NCBI GenBank assembly: GCA_043826135.1 | Contig: JBDRQT010000005.1 | Location: 6,255-70,254, forward strand | DNA from: an archaeon | GTDB taxonomy: Archaea > Nanobdellota > Nanobdellia > Woesearchaeales > GW2011-AR15 | Length of the DNA: 64,000 nt | Direction: 5' to 3' | Part shown: in pieces, positions 17,201 through 26,434 of the stretch | How the letters are laid out: every line of letters begins with the position of its first letter | Numbering within the stretch: the first letter of the stretch is position 1 | The notes under the pieces: generated by a model | Databases searched by the model: none | What the model saw: the letters and a program-made list of their open reading frames with translations, nothing else | What the model was told of the DNA's origin: nothing | Position numbers and translations under genes: made by a program

Positions 17201-20200
17201 CTTGATGGAATGGCTCTAAATGTTACAGATGGATGGAATTTCAATAACCCATTATTATGGTGGAATACATCATATCGTTTCAGGATGAAATTCCAGGCAG
17301 ACAATATGGCTAATCTGAAACTGAACAATTCACTCATTTATGTAAATGTGTCAACATCCAGCCTCATATCGCAGGGGTGGATGAATGATGATTGCGGAGA
17401 TGTTAGATTCTCAGACTTTACAGGAAATATGCTTTCCCACACAGTTGTTGAATCGTCGTGCAATTCTGCAAATACCCTATTCTGGATATGGATGAATATG
17501 TCAGCTACTTCAAATACAAGTTTCTATATGTATTTTGGAAATGTTGGTGCACAGCTCAATATCAATTTCACGAATCCGGATAAAAACGCATACATGGTGC
17601 TCCATTTTGATAATTCAAGTGTATATGGTGAAAATGATACGTTCGTCACTGATTTCTCAGGACTAGACCATAATGGAAGTGTCAGCTCTGCAACACTTAC
17701 AAGCGATTGTCCTAACGGAAAATGCTTTGACTTTGATGCTGACGGAGAATATATCGAAGTTGCTGATTCCCAGAAACTGCAGTTTGGTAATGGATCCAGA
17801 GATTATCCATTCAGCATAACGTCCTGGGTCAAAATGAGAAATTACGGAAATTTTACAGTTCTCTTCAAGACAGCAGATATTTTAAATGCAGAATATGGAT
17901 TATATACAAACAAGACAGGGCATCTTATCTTATCTCTGCATGACAACTATCCGACAGATTTTTTCTATGAAGTCAGTAACAGCAGCCTTTCATCCTATGT
18001 AGATCAGTGGATATTCCTCGCTGCGACGTATTCCGGAACCCCTGCAAAAAACAGCATTAAACTTTATCTAAATGGAGAGCAGCTGGCATCTATAAACCAG
18101 ACAAATAGAAGTTATGTAGCAATGCATAATGATGCAAACCCCATCTTTATTGGTTTTAACCCTCTTACAGGAAAATCTGCTGATGGAATTATTGATGAGA
18201 TGAGGATATATAACAAGACTCTGGGACAAGAAGAGATAAGAGCATTCTACAACATGACGAGGATCACATTCATGCTGAATGATTCGATGCTAAAGACTGA
18301 CAAGAATGGAAATTTCAATTATACTTTCAGAATTCCATCTCTCGGGAATGGAGATTATGAATTCAAAGTCAATGCAACCTACAATAGTGAATATGGAGAA
18401 GATAATCAGACTATTTCAATCACTGATTATGGAAATCTTGCTCCAACTGTTCTTGCAGTAAATATCTCGCCGGCACAGCCGAATAAATTGATTGACTTGA
18501 AATGCAATGTAACAGCATATGATGTAGAAAACACCACTTTTACAGTTGAATGGATATGGTATAACTCATCAATGCCTTTTTCCGGAGGGAACTTAACAGT
18601 CACAAATTACTCAAGCACAACAGTTGCAACTTTAGACAACTCATTTACAGAAGTCGGAGAGAATTGGAACTGCACAGTGAGGGCATATGATGGTTATAAG
18701 AATTCAAGCTATTCCTCAAGATCAGTTACTATTCAAAATGAAGTCCCAATAATTACAAATGTAGCGATACTTCCATTATATCCAAACGGGACAACAGATC
18801 TGGGGTGCTATGCAACTGCACGAGACAGTGAAAATGCTTCAACTCTTGTATACTATCAATGGTATAACTTGACAGAGTATGACAATCTCGAAATTGTAGC
18901 AGGATCAACCTTGGTAACTAATAATACACTTACACTAATAACAACTTTAGGGGAAAATAACATATCAGGAAAAGAGACGTGGATGTGTAATGTGACCTCT
19001 TTTGATGGTATTGGTTATTCATCCAATGGCTATGCAACAACATATGTTAACAACCTGCCATATATGAGCGAGCCAGTTATTTTGCCGCTGAATGCAGGCC
19101 TCTCAAGCAGTCTGGTATGCAATATCACAGATTTAACTGAGTCAGACGGAGAATCAGTATATAATCTGACAGCATGGTATAAGAACAACGAACCGATATA
19201 TGCACTATACATGCCGTTCGAGGCCAATGGGAATGATACCACCCTGACAACGAGGGATTATTCTGGGAATGATAATCATGGAATTATTTATGGGGCAAAT
19301 TGGACATCAAGCGGAAAGGTTGGTGGTGCTTATGAGTTCAATGGTTCAAATTATATTTTAGTTCAAGATAATTCCGCCCTTGACTTTGATGCTGACATTG
19401 ATTTCACTATAGAAGGCTGGTTTAATTCAAAAGGTTCTGTCTATAGTCAAGGAATAATTGCAAAAAGAGATGGAAACGGAGGTCAGCTCGTTATATCGTT
19501 GCTGAATACTTCAGAACTAAATGTGTACTTGAAAGATATTAACAACAATATTACATTAAATTCATCAATAATTTCTCTAAATACTTGGACACATTTTGCG
19601 GTCGTCGCGGACAGAAACATGCCATTAAAAATATTCATCGATGGTCAGGCTGATTCAGAAAGTAATATATCTTCAGAAATAGATATAAGCAATACTAATC
19701 CCCTTGAGATAGGGATAGCCAATTATTCAATTCCTGCAAGTATCCATAAGCAATTTAATGGTTCGATTGATGAAATTAAAATCTATAGGCAGGCACTATC
19801 ACCAGAGCAAATCTATCAAGAATATCAAGATGGATTGGCAAATATTAACTCAGTGACAATTGTAAGCAAAGAGCTCCACTTGGGTGATGAATGGTACTGT
19901 GCAGCAACGCCAAATGACGGCTATGCAGATGGAATAAAGCTCACTTCAAATGTTACAACTATTATAAGCATGGCCGCTACTATGGATTATCCGAATGTCA
20001 CTCCACAATATCCAAATGTCACAAGCAACCTCACATGTAACTGGATAAATCTAACTTCTGTATCAGGTTATCCTGTCGTAAATATAACAACATGGTACAG
20101 AGATTATTCACCATTAAGTGTACTTTATATGCCCTTTGAAGGAAATAATAACTATGAAGATTATGAGACTAAAGATTACTCAGGATACACCAATGATGGA

Positions 20201-23200
20201 GTTGTCTACGGCGCAACATGGAACAGGACAGGAGGGAAGGTTGGCGGTGCTTATGAGTTTGATGGAGTTGACGATTATATCAATATCTCTTATTTATTTG
20301 ATCCTTCCGCTACGGACTTTAGCGCATTCGCTTGGATAAGATCTAATAATCCTGTGAGTGACCAAGCCCAAATTATACTGCAACAGGCTGATTTATCTGG
20401 AACTGGAAGATCCTGGTTATATTTCAATGCTTCTGGGAAATTCGGGACTAACCTAAATGCTTCCCAGCTCACATATCCAGAGACACTGTCAGCAGATTCA
20501 TTCTATTATGTTGGAGTCACCTATGATTCTCAAACAAAAATCATTGATCTCTATCTTAATGGAACTTTGGTTAATTCCACTCTAGGAAATGTTGAGAGTT
20601 CATTAGGTAATATCTGGATAGGATCAGGAAAGGTTGCACCAAATGCAGTTTTCAACGGCTCAATAGATGAAGTGAAGATTTACGATTATATTTTGACAGA
20701 AGAACAGATATGGTCAGATTATCAGGCAGGTCTAATGAACACAACCACAAATGTCATGGTTAGCAATGAAACTGTTGGAGGTGGTGATTTCTTCTGCAGT
20801 GTTGTCCCGAATGACGGTTATGAAGATGGAAGCGCATATGATTCTGATCCTGTGCATGTTGTCGCAACCCCCTATATCACAAGCGTAAGGATTGTGCAGA
20901 CTTCTGGCACCACAATTGCAGACATCCATTGTAATGCAACTATAATGGATTCTGACAACAGCTCGCTTTATGTTAATTATTCCTGGTATAATATTACAGC
21001 AGGCAATAATGACCTCTTTAGCACAGGGATGACTTCGGTCTCAACAGGAGGAAATTCCTATGTGGCGACACTTTCCAGTGCATATCTTGGAAGGGATGGT
21101 ATGTGGAACTGCACTATCTTCGCATACGACGGAGTATTATATTCAACAGAAAAATCCGGCACAATAATTGTTGATGTCGATATTCCACAAATAACATTAA
21201 ACCATCCCACAAATAGCCAGATGCTCACAGATAATCACTATACTTTGAACTACACTATCAGAGAAACAAATATTGATTCAGCATGGTATACTCTTGATGA
21301 GAACACAGATAAAACCAGCATTGCAAAGGTAAACGGAACGAATACAAATGCTATCATATTTAGCTATCCTGGAAAGCACAATCTGACCGTGCATGTAAAT
21401 GATACTCTTGGAAGCGAGGTCTCAGACTCTGCGATTATCTATTTAAATTATTCATTCGATCCAAATGCGTGGGCAGCCTTACTTAAGATAAATATTCCGA
21501 ATGCAACAACAGTTAGTGTGCTAAATTTCACAAGTAATCTGTTGTTCTCTTCAAATACGACAGTGAACCAGAATTTCACGATCCAGGTGAATTTCAGCAA
21601 TTCCACTCTGGAGATTATAGGCATGCCTGGCTTAGAATCAACATGGTCATTCTTCACGGCATCTGATAATTCCTCAAATTTTGTAACTGATATAATCAAT
21701 AATCAGGGCGCAATTCCGATTGACTATATTGTTGTATGGAATTTTACAAACTATCTGAGCAATGCCTCAAAATATTATGCAAAAGTCAGGATGACCCATA
21801 ACAGCAGCTATTACACAAGTATATACTATTGCAGCGACGATTCGATAACATGCAACAAAATATCGCAGTGCACTGCAACCTATTTGATATCAACAACTGA
21901 ACCCTGTTACAGCACTAATAATTATGTATTAGTACCGCACCTTAGTGCAGTGTACGCAATAAATGATTCGATACCTCCAACAATCACAATAAGTTCACCT
22001 ACAAATAATTCAGTCTCTGCAGACAGCTACAATATACTACTATCTGCCACAACAAATGAGAATGCTACCTGTAAATATTCATTCAATAATCTTGCATACT
22101 CTTCTCTGTCTGGCTCAAAAAGCTTCTCAACAACATTCAGTTATTATGTAAATTCAAGAAATAACATCACTATGAACTGCACAGATCTGTTCGGGAATTC
22201 AAGACTTTCCAGGATCTATTTCAATATTAGTGATACAACTGAACCTGATAGCAGCTTGTCATATAGTATTGGCACCGATTATATTAGGGTAACCATAACT
22301 CTTGATGAGCCTTCAAATGCTACGGCAGTGATAATAGGAAATGCATCCAGGACAAACACTTCATATGGGCTAAGCCATGTACTTGAATTTACAGGCCTTT
22401 CGGCAAGCACAACCTATCAGCTGAACTACACATTCTGTGACCAGCTGCGAAACTGCGGTTCCAAGTCTGCACAAAAAACAACAGATTCAGTAACAGTAGC
22501 CGGAGGGGGAACAACTGGAGGTTCAGGTGGAGGTGGTACAACTGGAGGAACCACTACAACTGCCAAATTCTCTGAAATTTGGCAGGGGCTAACAGCAGGC
22601 GAGCACACGATGAATATTGCGAATGCTAAAATCGCATTCACAAAACTAATCTTTATTTTGATAAGAGATGTATCAGGCGCTATCCAGCTCAGCGTTGAAA
22701 GCAAGGAACTACCTGGCAGTATCCCTCCACTTGAAGGGAGAGTATATCAATATCTGGAAGTGCAAAAGACCACGATGACAGATGCGGATATATCTGGCGC
22801 TACAATAAGGTTCAGGGTTGAGAATAATTGGATTAACAACTACAATATTGATACTGATCAGATATATCTTTACAGATATAATAGCGGCGAGTGGTGGAAA
22901 CTTACTACTGCACAGACTTCTCAGGATTCTGGCTACACATATTACGAAGCAACATCGCCAGGATTCAGCTATTTTGCAATAGTCGGATTTGAAAAACCGG
23001 AAGAGCCACCTCATGAGGTTGTAGTTGAGACTCCGCCCACAGGGGAGGTTGTAAATCCACCAGTGGAATCACCGCCAGAAGAGCCACCTTCAGACGGATC
23101 AAATCAATCAGGGATAGGTGGCATACTATTCATGTTTATTATACTCGCAGTTGTGCTCTCAGCTGTAGGTGCATTTATGCTGTATCAGAAAAAGGAGACT

Positions 23201-23629
23201 GAAAAGCAACAAAAGACTGCAGCTAAGCAAGAGCTTAGTGAGATCAAAGAATATATCGCGACCTGTAAATTACAGGGACTTGATGACAATTCAATCAGAA
23301 GCACTCTGCTGAATTCAGGTTGGAGCCAGCAGCAGATAGAGCAGGCATTCATGAGTATGTCCAGTAAACCGTTATCACAGGTTAAACCCTTACAACCATC
23401 ACAGCTGCAGCCTTCACAGCTATCACAGCCACAACAAATGCAGTTATCACAAATCACACTTGGTAAACCTGTTATTGTGCAGCCGCTCCAGGAGATGGAC
23501 AGCGAGATAACTGAAATAAAGGACTACATAAAAACTACAAGGCAGCAGGGTTTCACTGATGAACAAATTAAGGCAGCACTCGGTCAGGTAGGCTGGGAAG
23601 AGGATCAGATAAAGAAAGGTTTCATGTAG
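14267..23629 (+). CDS. giant (3120 aa) glycosylated surface protein: Ig-like repeats, 4 LamG domains, five-bladed beta-propeller, DUF2341, PGF-pre-PGF-like domain, TM anchor, cytoplasmic tail
   Basis: ATG 14267 lies 7 nt after AAGGAGG, followed by a signal peptide (MKKNDASLVVTLVLLLALVFTSLG). There are four LamG endings (GSIDDVRIYGRAL, GIIDEMRIYNKTL, GSIDEIKIYRQAL, GSIDEVKIYDYIL) and five blades ending xMWYxG. A DUF2341-like block runs WWNTSYRFRMKF...FYMYFGN. SPGFSYFAIVG is followed by the TM helix GILFMFIILAVVLSAVGAFML. Confidence 0.9.
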   Translation: MKKNDASLVVTLVLLLALVFTSLGNENLTNSTIDNLTDPNYTVAPEITMGLPLELLENVSENVSLNDNVTLISDINDTDTKPIEIISDELQPELNETIQEENVTGPKLPTEDISSEIIPSELIDNTTKEENNLMVQDKISGDIGILTVFVPVINTVETIPPNVWHNLHHNTSFVLKVNATDADQNLVAVNFTVTAPNGSYVIYNENASSYSGDFFNSATINVSHYGYWNYTIYAIDADGVFSIYSSRVNVLNITISLNKTISDLGEVINVKGHINGGAGNQKNLSLTISINNISITPYISNESLIGYWKFDDALGTTVADISGNGNNGFCTKCPLVSDGKFNTSFRFNDTTSIEFNKINSLNTLQNFSIALYAYMTGNSSYAEIGTYNQILAHKETFDLGISPQGNIYLNIQNVSLINNWVKYSSNPVLTAGANNQWDDTNVSAPSIIKAENGTYQMWYTGRDDLANQFRIGYATSSDGKSWTKYPTYVLNKSTGAGFDSDGVMWPSVIKRNGTYMMWYTGYDVSATDDYKIGFAVSRDGINWSREATYVLNTGATWETDSVMYPTVIFENNTYKMWYAGRNVTSLRYKLGYATSTNGITWAKSSSNPILANGVSQTWEDTSVMAPHVIKDGNTYEMWYIGTNNTYYNVGYAYSYDGINWVKATSNPIFNGTAGDWDSRLGRVSVIKDANKYKMWYTGTNSRDQIGYAEATVGIASNPVFTPNEWSSIVATKDGSVIKLYKDGVMMASGISTLITFTSNSNLTLGKYFNGSIDDVRIYGRALNQFEISNLALKTNSTGDYSVFIQSPLEAGSYEIKINATVAADYGEANITLLVDDISDINSFYTVPINPYYTGDYGSVFYIEVNVTDGDDPHPLNVNFTLYSSNGSIVMNNVGAVSRSGDLYQSETYRLDNFGEWNYTIVTFDDSGGNDTAIGFIRFLQVVQYLNKTVFDVGDSARVTGHIYDSHWNDVVNTSIFLYLDGMALNVTDGWNFNNPLLWWNTSYRFRMKFQADNMANLKLNNSLIYVNVSTSSLISQGWMNDDCGDVRFSDFTGNMLSHTVVESSCNSANTLFWIWMNMSATSNTSFYMYFGNVGAQLNINFTNPDKNAYMVLHFDNSSVYGENDTFVTDFSGLDHNGSVSSATLTSDCPNGKCFDFDADGEYIEVADSQKLQFGNGSRDYPFSITSWVKMRNYGNFTVLFKTADILNAEYGLYTNKTGHLILSLHDNYPTDFFYEVSNSSLSSYVDQWIFLAATYSGTPAKNSIKLYLNGEQLASINQTNRSYVAMHNDANPIFIGFNPLTGKSADGIIDEMRIYNKTLGQEEIRAFYNMTRITFMLNDSMLKTDKNGNFNYTFRIPSLGNGDYEFKVNATYNSEYGEDNQTISITDYGNLAPTVLAVNISPAQPNKLIDLKCNVTAYDVENTTFTVEWIWYNSSMPFSGGNLTVTNYSSTTVATLDNSFTEVGENWNCTVRAYDGYKNSSYSSRSVTIQNEVPIITNVAILPLYPNGTTDLGCYATARDSENASTLVYYQWYNLTEYDNLEIVAGSTLVTNNTLTLITTLGENNISGKETWMCNVTSFDGIGYSSNGYATTYVNNLPYMSEPVILPLNAGLSSSLVCNITDLTESDGESVYNLTAWYKNNEPIYALYMPFEANGNDTTLTTRDYSGNDNHGIIYGANWTSSGKVGGAYEFNGSNYILVQDNSALDFDADIDFTIEGWFNSKGSVYSQGIIAKRDGNGGQLVISLLNTSELNVYLKDINNNITLNSSIISLNTWTHFAVVADRNMPLKIFIDGQADSESNISSEIDISNTNPLEIGIANYSIPASIHKQFNGSIDEIKIYRQALSPEQIYQEYQDGLANINSVTIVSKELHLGDEWYCAATPNDGYADGIKLTSNVTTIISMAATMDYPNVTPQYPNVTSNLTCNWINLTSVSGYPVVNITTWYRDYSPLSVLYMPFEGNNNYEDYETKDYSGYTNDGVVYGATWNRTGGKVGGAYEFDGVDDYINISYLFDPSATDFSAFAWIRSNNPVSDQAQIILQQADLSGTGRSWLYFNASGKFGTNLNASQLTYPETLSADSFYYVGVTYDSQTKIIDLYLNGTLVNSTLGNVESSLGNIWIGSGKVAPNAVFNGSIDEVKIYDYILTEEQIWSDYQAGLMNTTTNVMVSNETVGGGDFFCSVVPNDGYEDGSAYDSDPVHVVATPYITSVRIVQTSGTTIADIHCNATIMDSDNSSLYVNYSWYNITAGNNDLFSTGMTSVSTGGNSYVATLSSAYLGRDGMWNCTIFAYDGVLYSTEKSGTIIVDVDIPQITLNHPTNSQMLTDNHYTLNYTIRETNIDSAWYTLDENTDKTSIAKVNGTNTNAIIFSYPGKHNLTVHVNDTLGSEVSDSAIIYLNYSFDPNAWAALLKINIPNATTVSVLNFTSNLLFSSNTTVNQNFTIQVNFSNSTLEIIGMPGLESTWSFFTASDNSSNFVTDIINNQGAIPIDYIVVWNFTNYLSNASKYYAKVRMTHNSSYYTSIYYCSDDSITCNKISQCTATYLISTTEPCYSTNNYVLVPHLSAVYAINDSIPPTITISSPTNNSVSADSYNILLSATTNENATCKYSFNNLAYSSLSGSKSFSTTFSYYVNSRNNITMNCTDLFGNSRLSRIYFNISDTTEPDSSLSYSIGTDYIRVTITLDEPSNATAVIIGNASRTNTSYGLSHVLEFTGLSASTTYQLNYTFCDQLRNCGSKSAQKTTDSVTVAGGGTTGGSGGGGTTGGTTTTAKFSEIWQGLTAGEHTMNIANAKIAFTKLIFILIRDVSGAIQLSVESKELPGSIPPLEGRVYQYLEVQKTTMTDADISGATIRFRVENNWINNYNIDTDQIYLYRYNSGEWWKLTTAQTSQDSGYTYYEATSPGFSYFAIVGFEKPEEPPHEVVVETPPTGEVVNPPVESPPEEPPSDGSNQSGIGGILFMFIILAVVLSAVGAFMLYQKKETEKQQKTAAKQELSEIKEYIATCKLQGLDDNSIRSTLLNSGWSQQQIEQAFMSMSSKPLSQVKPLQPSQLQPSQLSQPQQMQLSQITLGKPVIVQPLQEMDSEITEIKDYIKTTRQQGFTDEQIKAALGQVGWEEDQIKKGFM

Positions 23630-23910
23630 TCTTAAAAGTGGTATAATTTATTCTAAATAATACTTATTTCGAAAATCTGGGTTTTACACCAGTGTATATG
23701 ATTGAATATTAGTCAGTGGAAAACGCAGAGTCTGAAGCGAGTGACCCGAAGCGTTGCGAGCATGCTACCCATCTATGGCGACTGAATGGTACTGTGACTG
23801 ATGGTGGTTACGAGTGATTGACGAAACAATTGTTTATGAGTAATAAGCAAATCCCGATGACATCACAATTTCAATATTGTGTCAAAAACTTAAAAAATTA
23901 TCAGAAACTC

Positions 23911-24342
23911 TTACTTGATTTTGATCATGTCACCTATTGTGTAAGATGTTGCAGATGCCTTCAAGTTCTGTGGAGTGGATTCAACTTCTTCAATTAGTTT
24001 TATCCCAAGTTGTTTCTCAAGTTTCTTTGCAAGCTCTATTGAAGGAACATAGGTTCCCCCTTCCATCTTATGGATAAGGGATTCTTTTTCTGACAGGAAT
24101 TTTGCTATCTCCATTTGTTTTAGCCCCATCTTTTCCCGTTTTTCCCTTATTAAATTGGAATAATCTGAGACAATGACTTCAATCATCTCCTTCTCAGGCT
24201 GTTTTGGCCTAGGAGGAAGTTTTGCTCGTGGTCTATTTACAATTTTTCCGAAAGACAGGCAATTCTTGCATAATCTAAGCTCTACGCCTTCTACCATGGC
24301 GTGAGTAAGTGATGATTCTGTTCCGCACATTTCGCAGTTCAT
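23911..24342 (-). CDS. mbf1: archaeal multiprotein-bridging factor 1 (Zn ribbon + HTH_3)
   Basis: N-terminal CEMCG...CKNC zinc ribbon. XRE-type HTH (GLKQMEIAKFLSEKESLIHKMEGG). C-terminal YTIGDMIKIK, characteristic of archaeal MBF1. Confidence 0.85.
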   Translation of the reverse strand: MNCEMCGTESSLTHAMVEGVELRLCKNCLSFGKIVNRPRAKLPPRPKQPEKEMIEVIVSDYSNLIREKREKMGLKQMEIAKFLSEKESLIHKMEGGTYVPSIELAKKLEKQLGIKLIEEVESTPQNLKASATSYTIGDMIKIK

Positions 24343-25496
24343 TCTTTATCCCTCTCGTAAGTCATGATGCTGAAGCATTCTCTACCTTGGTAGATCAGAT
24401 TATTTTTTGTTTTTTTAAACTTGTTATTTTTTGCGCACTCATCCAGTAGTTCATACCTCATGGCAATAATCATTATTTTTCCTTTTTTCTTGAGTATGTA
24501 ATCTGCATTATTGAACAAATCTTGATATACTTTTTTAATAACCTTGGTATCCTTGTTTTTTGACTCTCTCGGAGGATCGGTTACAATCACATCAACAGAA
24601 TGCTTATCAAATTTAGTATCAAGCCACTCAATTTCTATCCTGCTAAGATTAAGGCATTTGTCAATTCCAGCGAGCTTTGCATTCTTTTGACTAGCCTTAA
24701 GAAATCTAAATTGTGAATCATATCCGAAAATACTTAATTTTGTATCTCTCAATTTATCATATTTTTTGAAAAAAGCATCCTTCTCTTTCTGAAAAAAATC
24801 ATATACAGTAAATGCCAGCTTATCTTTACTGTAATACTGCACTGGAAATTTAGCTGCATACAATGCCGCTTCGATAACAATAACGCCTGATCCCATGAAG
24901 GGATCTAGTATTATTCCTTTTTCAAAGCCGCTTTCCCTGACTAGTGCATAGCCTGTAGTCCCTTTAAGAGATTCAGGGTGGTTGAATATCTTATACTGCC
25001 TCTTTGAAAGGTCAATACCTGAGAAATCAACTCCAATATATCCTTGATTATTATAGATATATACAAAGAATATCACTTCTGGATTGTCAAAATCAGCACT
25101 TACTTCAACTTTGTAATTCTTTTTGACAATCCCTTTTAGTTCTCTGCTTAGATTTGAGGTTATGTCCACGCTCCGGAAATCATGATCACCGAGCCGTGTG
25201 CATTCAATCACATATCTCTTCAGCCAGGATTTTAGATCTGATTTTTCCAGTGCTGCATTCGCATTCTTAAGTGTAGAGTCCAAATCAGGATTTACCTTGA
25301 ATTCACCAAGAAGGAGAATGGCTCTGGAAATGGACTGTCCCATATAACTGATTACACATAGATCAGTGAGTTTCTTGAACTCAAATAAAACTACAGTCTC
25401 GTCTGTTTTTGCTTCAGTTATGGAAATGAGCTCGCCAGTCTCTTGTAGAGCTATGTCTTCACATCCCTGGTTTGTTATCACAATTCCTCTATACAT
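24339..25496 (-). CDS. THUMP-domain class I SAM-dependent RNA (tRNA m2G-type, Trm14/TrmG10-like) methyltransferase
   Basis: N-terminal ferredoxin-like/THUMP region, motif I ILDPFMGSGVIVIEAAL and motif IV VIVTDPP. ATGA overlap with mbf1. Confidence 0.8.
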   Translation of the reverse strand: MYRGIVITNQGCEDIALQETGELISITEAKTDETVVLFEFKKLTDLCVISYMGQSISRAILLLGEFKVNPDLDSTLKNANAALEKSDLKSWLKRYVIECTRLGDHDFRSVDITSNLSRELKGIVKKNYKVEVSADFDNPEVIFFVYIYNNQGYIGVDFSGIDLSKRQYKIFNHPESLKGTTGYALVRESGFEKGIILDPFMGSGVIVIEAALYAAKFPVQYYSKDKLAFTVYDFFQKEKDAFFKKYDKLRDTKLSIFGYDSQFRFLKASQKNAKLAGIDKCLNLSRIEIEWLDTKFDKHSVDVIVTDPPRESKNKDTKVIKKVYQDLFNNADYILKKKGKIMIIAMRYELLDECAKNNKFKKTKNNLIYQGRECFSIMTYERDKE

Positions 25497-25594
25497 TATA
25501 GTCAGGAATTCGGAAAGGTTTTTAAGGGTATTTGATGTGTAATTGTTACTTTTAAATAGTAAATTATTTAAATATACGGTTAAAAGTATTCAAT

Positions 25595-26434
25595 ATGGCT
25601 AATGCTTTTACTGACTCAGATGCTGCACGAATAATATTTGAATCTTTATTGAATTCAGGAAGTACCCTTGATGCAGCTCCATCGTTTATTGAGTCTGCTA
25701 TGCATGATCTTAAAAAAACTTCGATGCCGCCAGAATATCACGAGATATTGGCCAGAACTATGTTTACTGCAGCTTTTTTGACAGAATTTCCTGGAACTCG
25801 AGTAATAATAAGGCAATATAAACCAGAATCTAAACCTTTTATAGAAGGATGCGAAAGGGCTGTGGAATTAATGTGGCCAGATTTAACAAATGCCACCTAT
25901 GGACTTGATTTGTTATACATAAGACAATTGATGCCCAAAGCAATTCATCCAATTGTGTCAAACATTGATAGAGCACAATTCGAAAAGTTGGAACAGAATG
26001 GAAGAGAACTAAGAACATATCTTGACCAAAATTTACCATCTAAAATTGTACTTTATGCGGCTGACGAATATAGATTTGATAGAAGTCATGAATATTTCTC
26101 ACTTTTTCCAAAAAAAGACTCTGCACCATTTTTTTTCATTGATGGGCTCGTACAATACTATGAAAGGGTAGTAGGAAGATTATATTCAGTTTGTGATAAA
26201 CTAGCCAAACCACCCTATTCTGACTTGCCTGCTATTAGACAGTCACTTATAGATTTACCAATCAATTTGGAAGATAACCATGCTTCGCAGGTTGCAAAGT
26301 TAATTCAGATATGGAGATTGCACCCTAAAAGCACTCAGTTTGCATTGCAGTTTTTTAGTCAGCACCCAAATAATTCAAGCCTGCATTGGTATCTTAGCAA
26401 AAAGTCAATAGAATTCAAAGTTCCAGGTTACTAA
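25595..26434 (+). CDS. hypothetical cytoplasmic protein
   Basis: 279-aa ORF of normal composition. TATA (TTATTTAAATATA, 25565-25577) lies about 24 nt upstream. No family recognised. Confidence 0.6.
   Translation: MANAFTDSDAARIIFESLLNSGSTLDAAPSFIESAMHDLKKTSMPPEYHEILARTMFTAAFLTEFPGTRVIIRQYKPESKPFIEGCERAVELMWPDLTNATYGLDLLYIRQLMPKAIHPIVSNIDRAQFEKLEQNGRELRTYLDQNLPSKIVLYAADEYRFDRSHEYFSLFPKKDSAPFFFIDGLVQYYERVVGRLYSVCDKLAKPPYSDLPAIRQSLIDLPINLEDNHASQVAKLIQIWRLHPKSTQFALQFFSQHPNNSSLHWYLSKKSIEFKVPGY

Noticed and set aside
23366-23455. Short tandem tcacag/cagc repeats as a possible repeat array
   Set aside because: They lie in-frame within the giant gene and simply encode the Q/P/S-rich linker (PSQLQPSQLSQPQQMQLSQ).
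23716-23826. 5S rRNA
   Set aside because: The length is compatible, but I could not draw the three-helix-junction 5S fold or find conserved loop motifs. Left as an unassigned candidate RNA.
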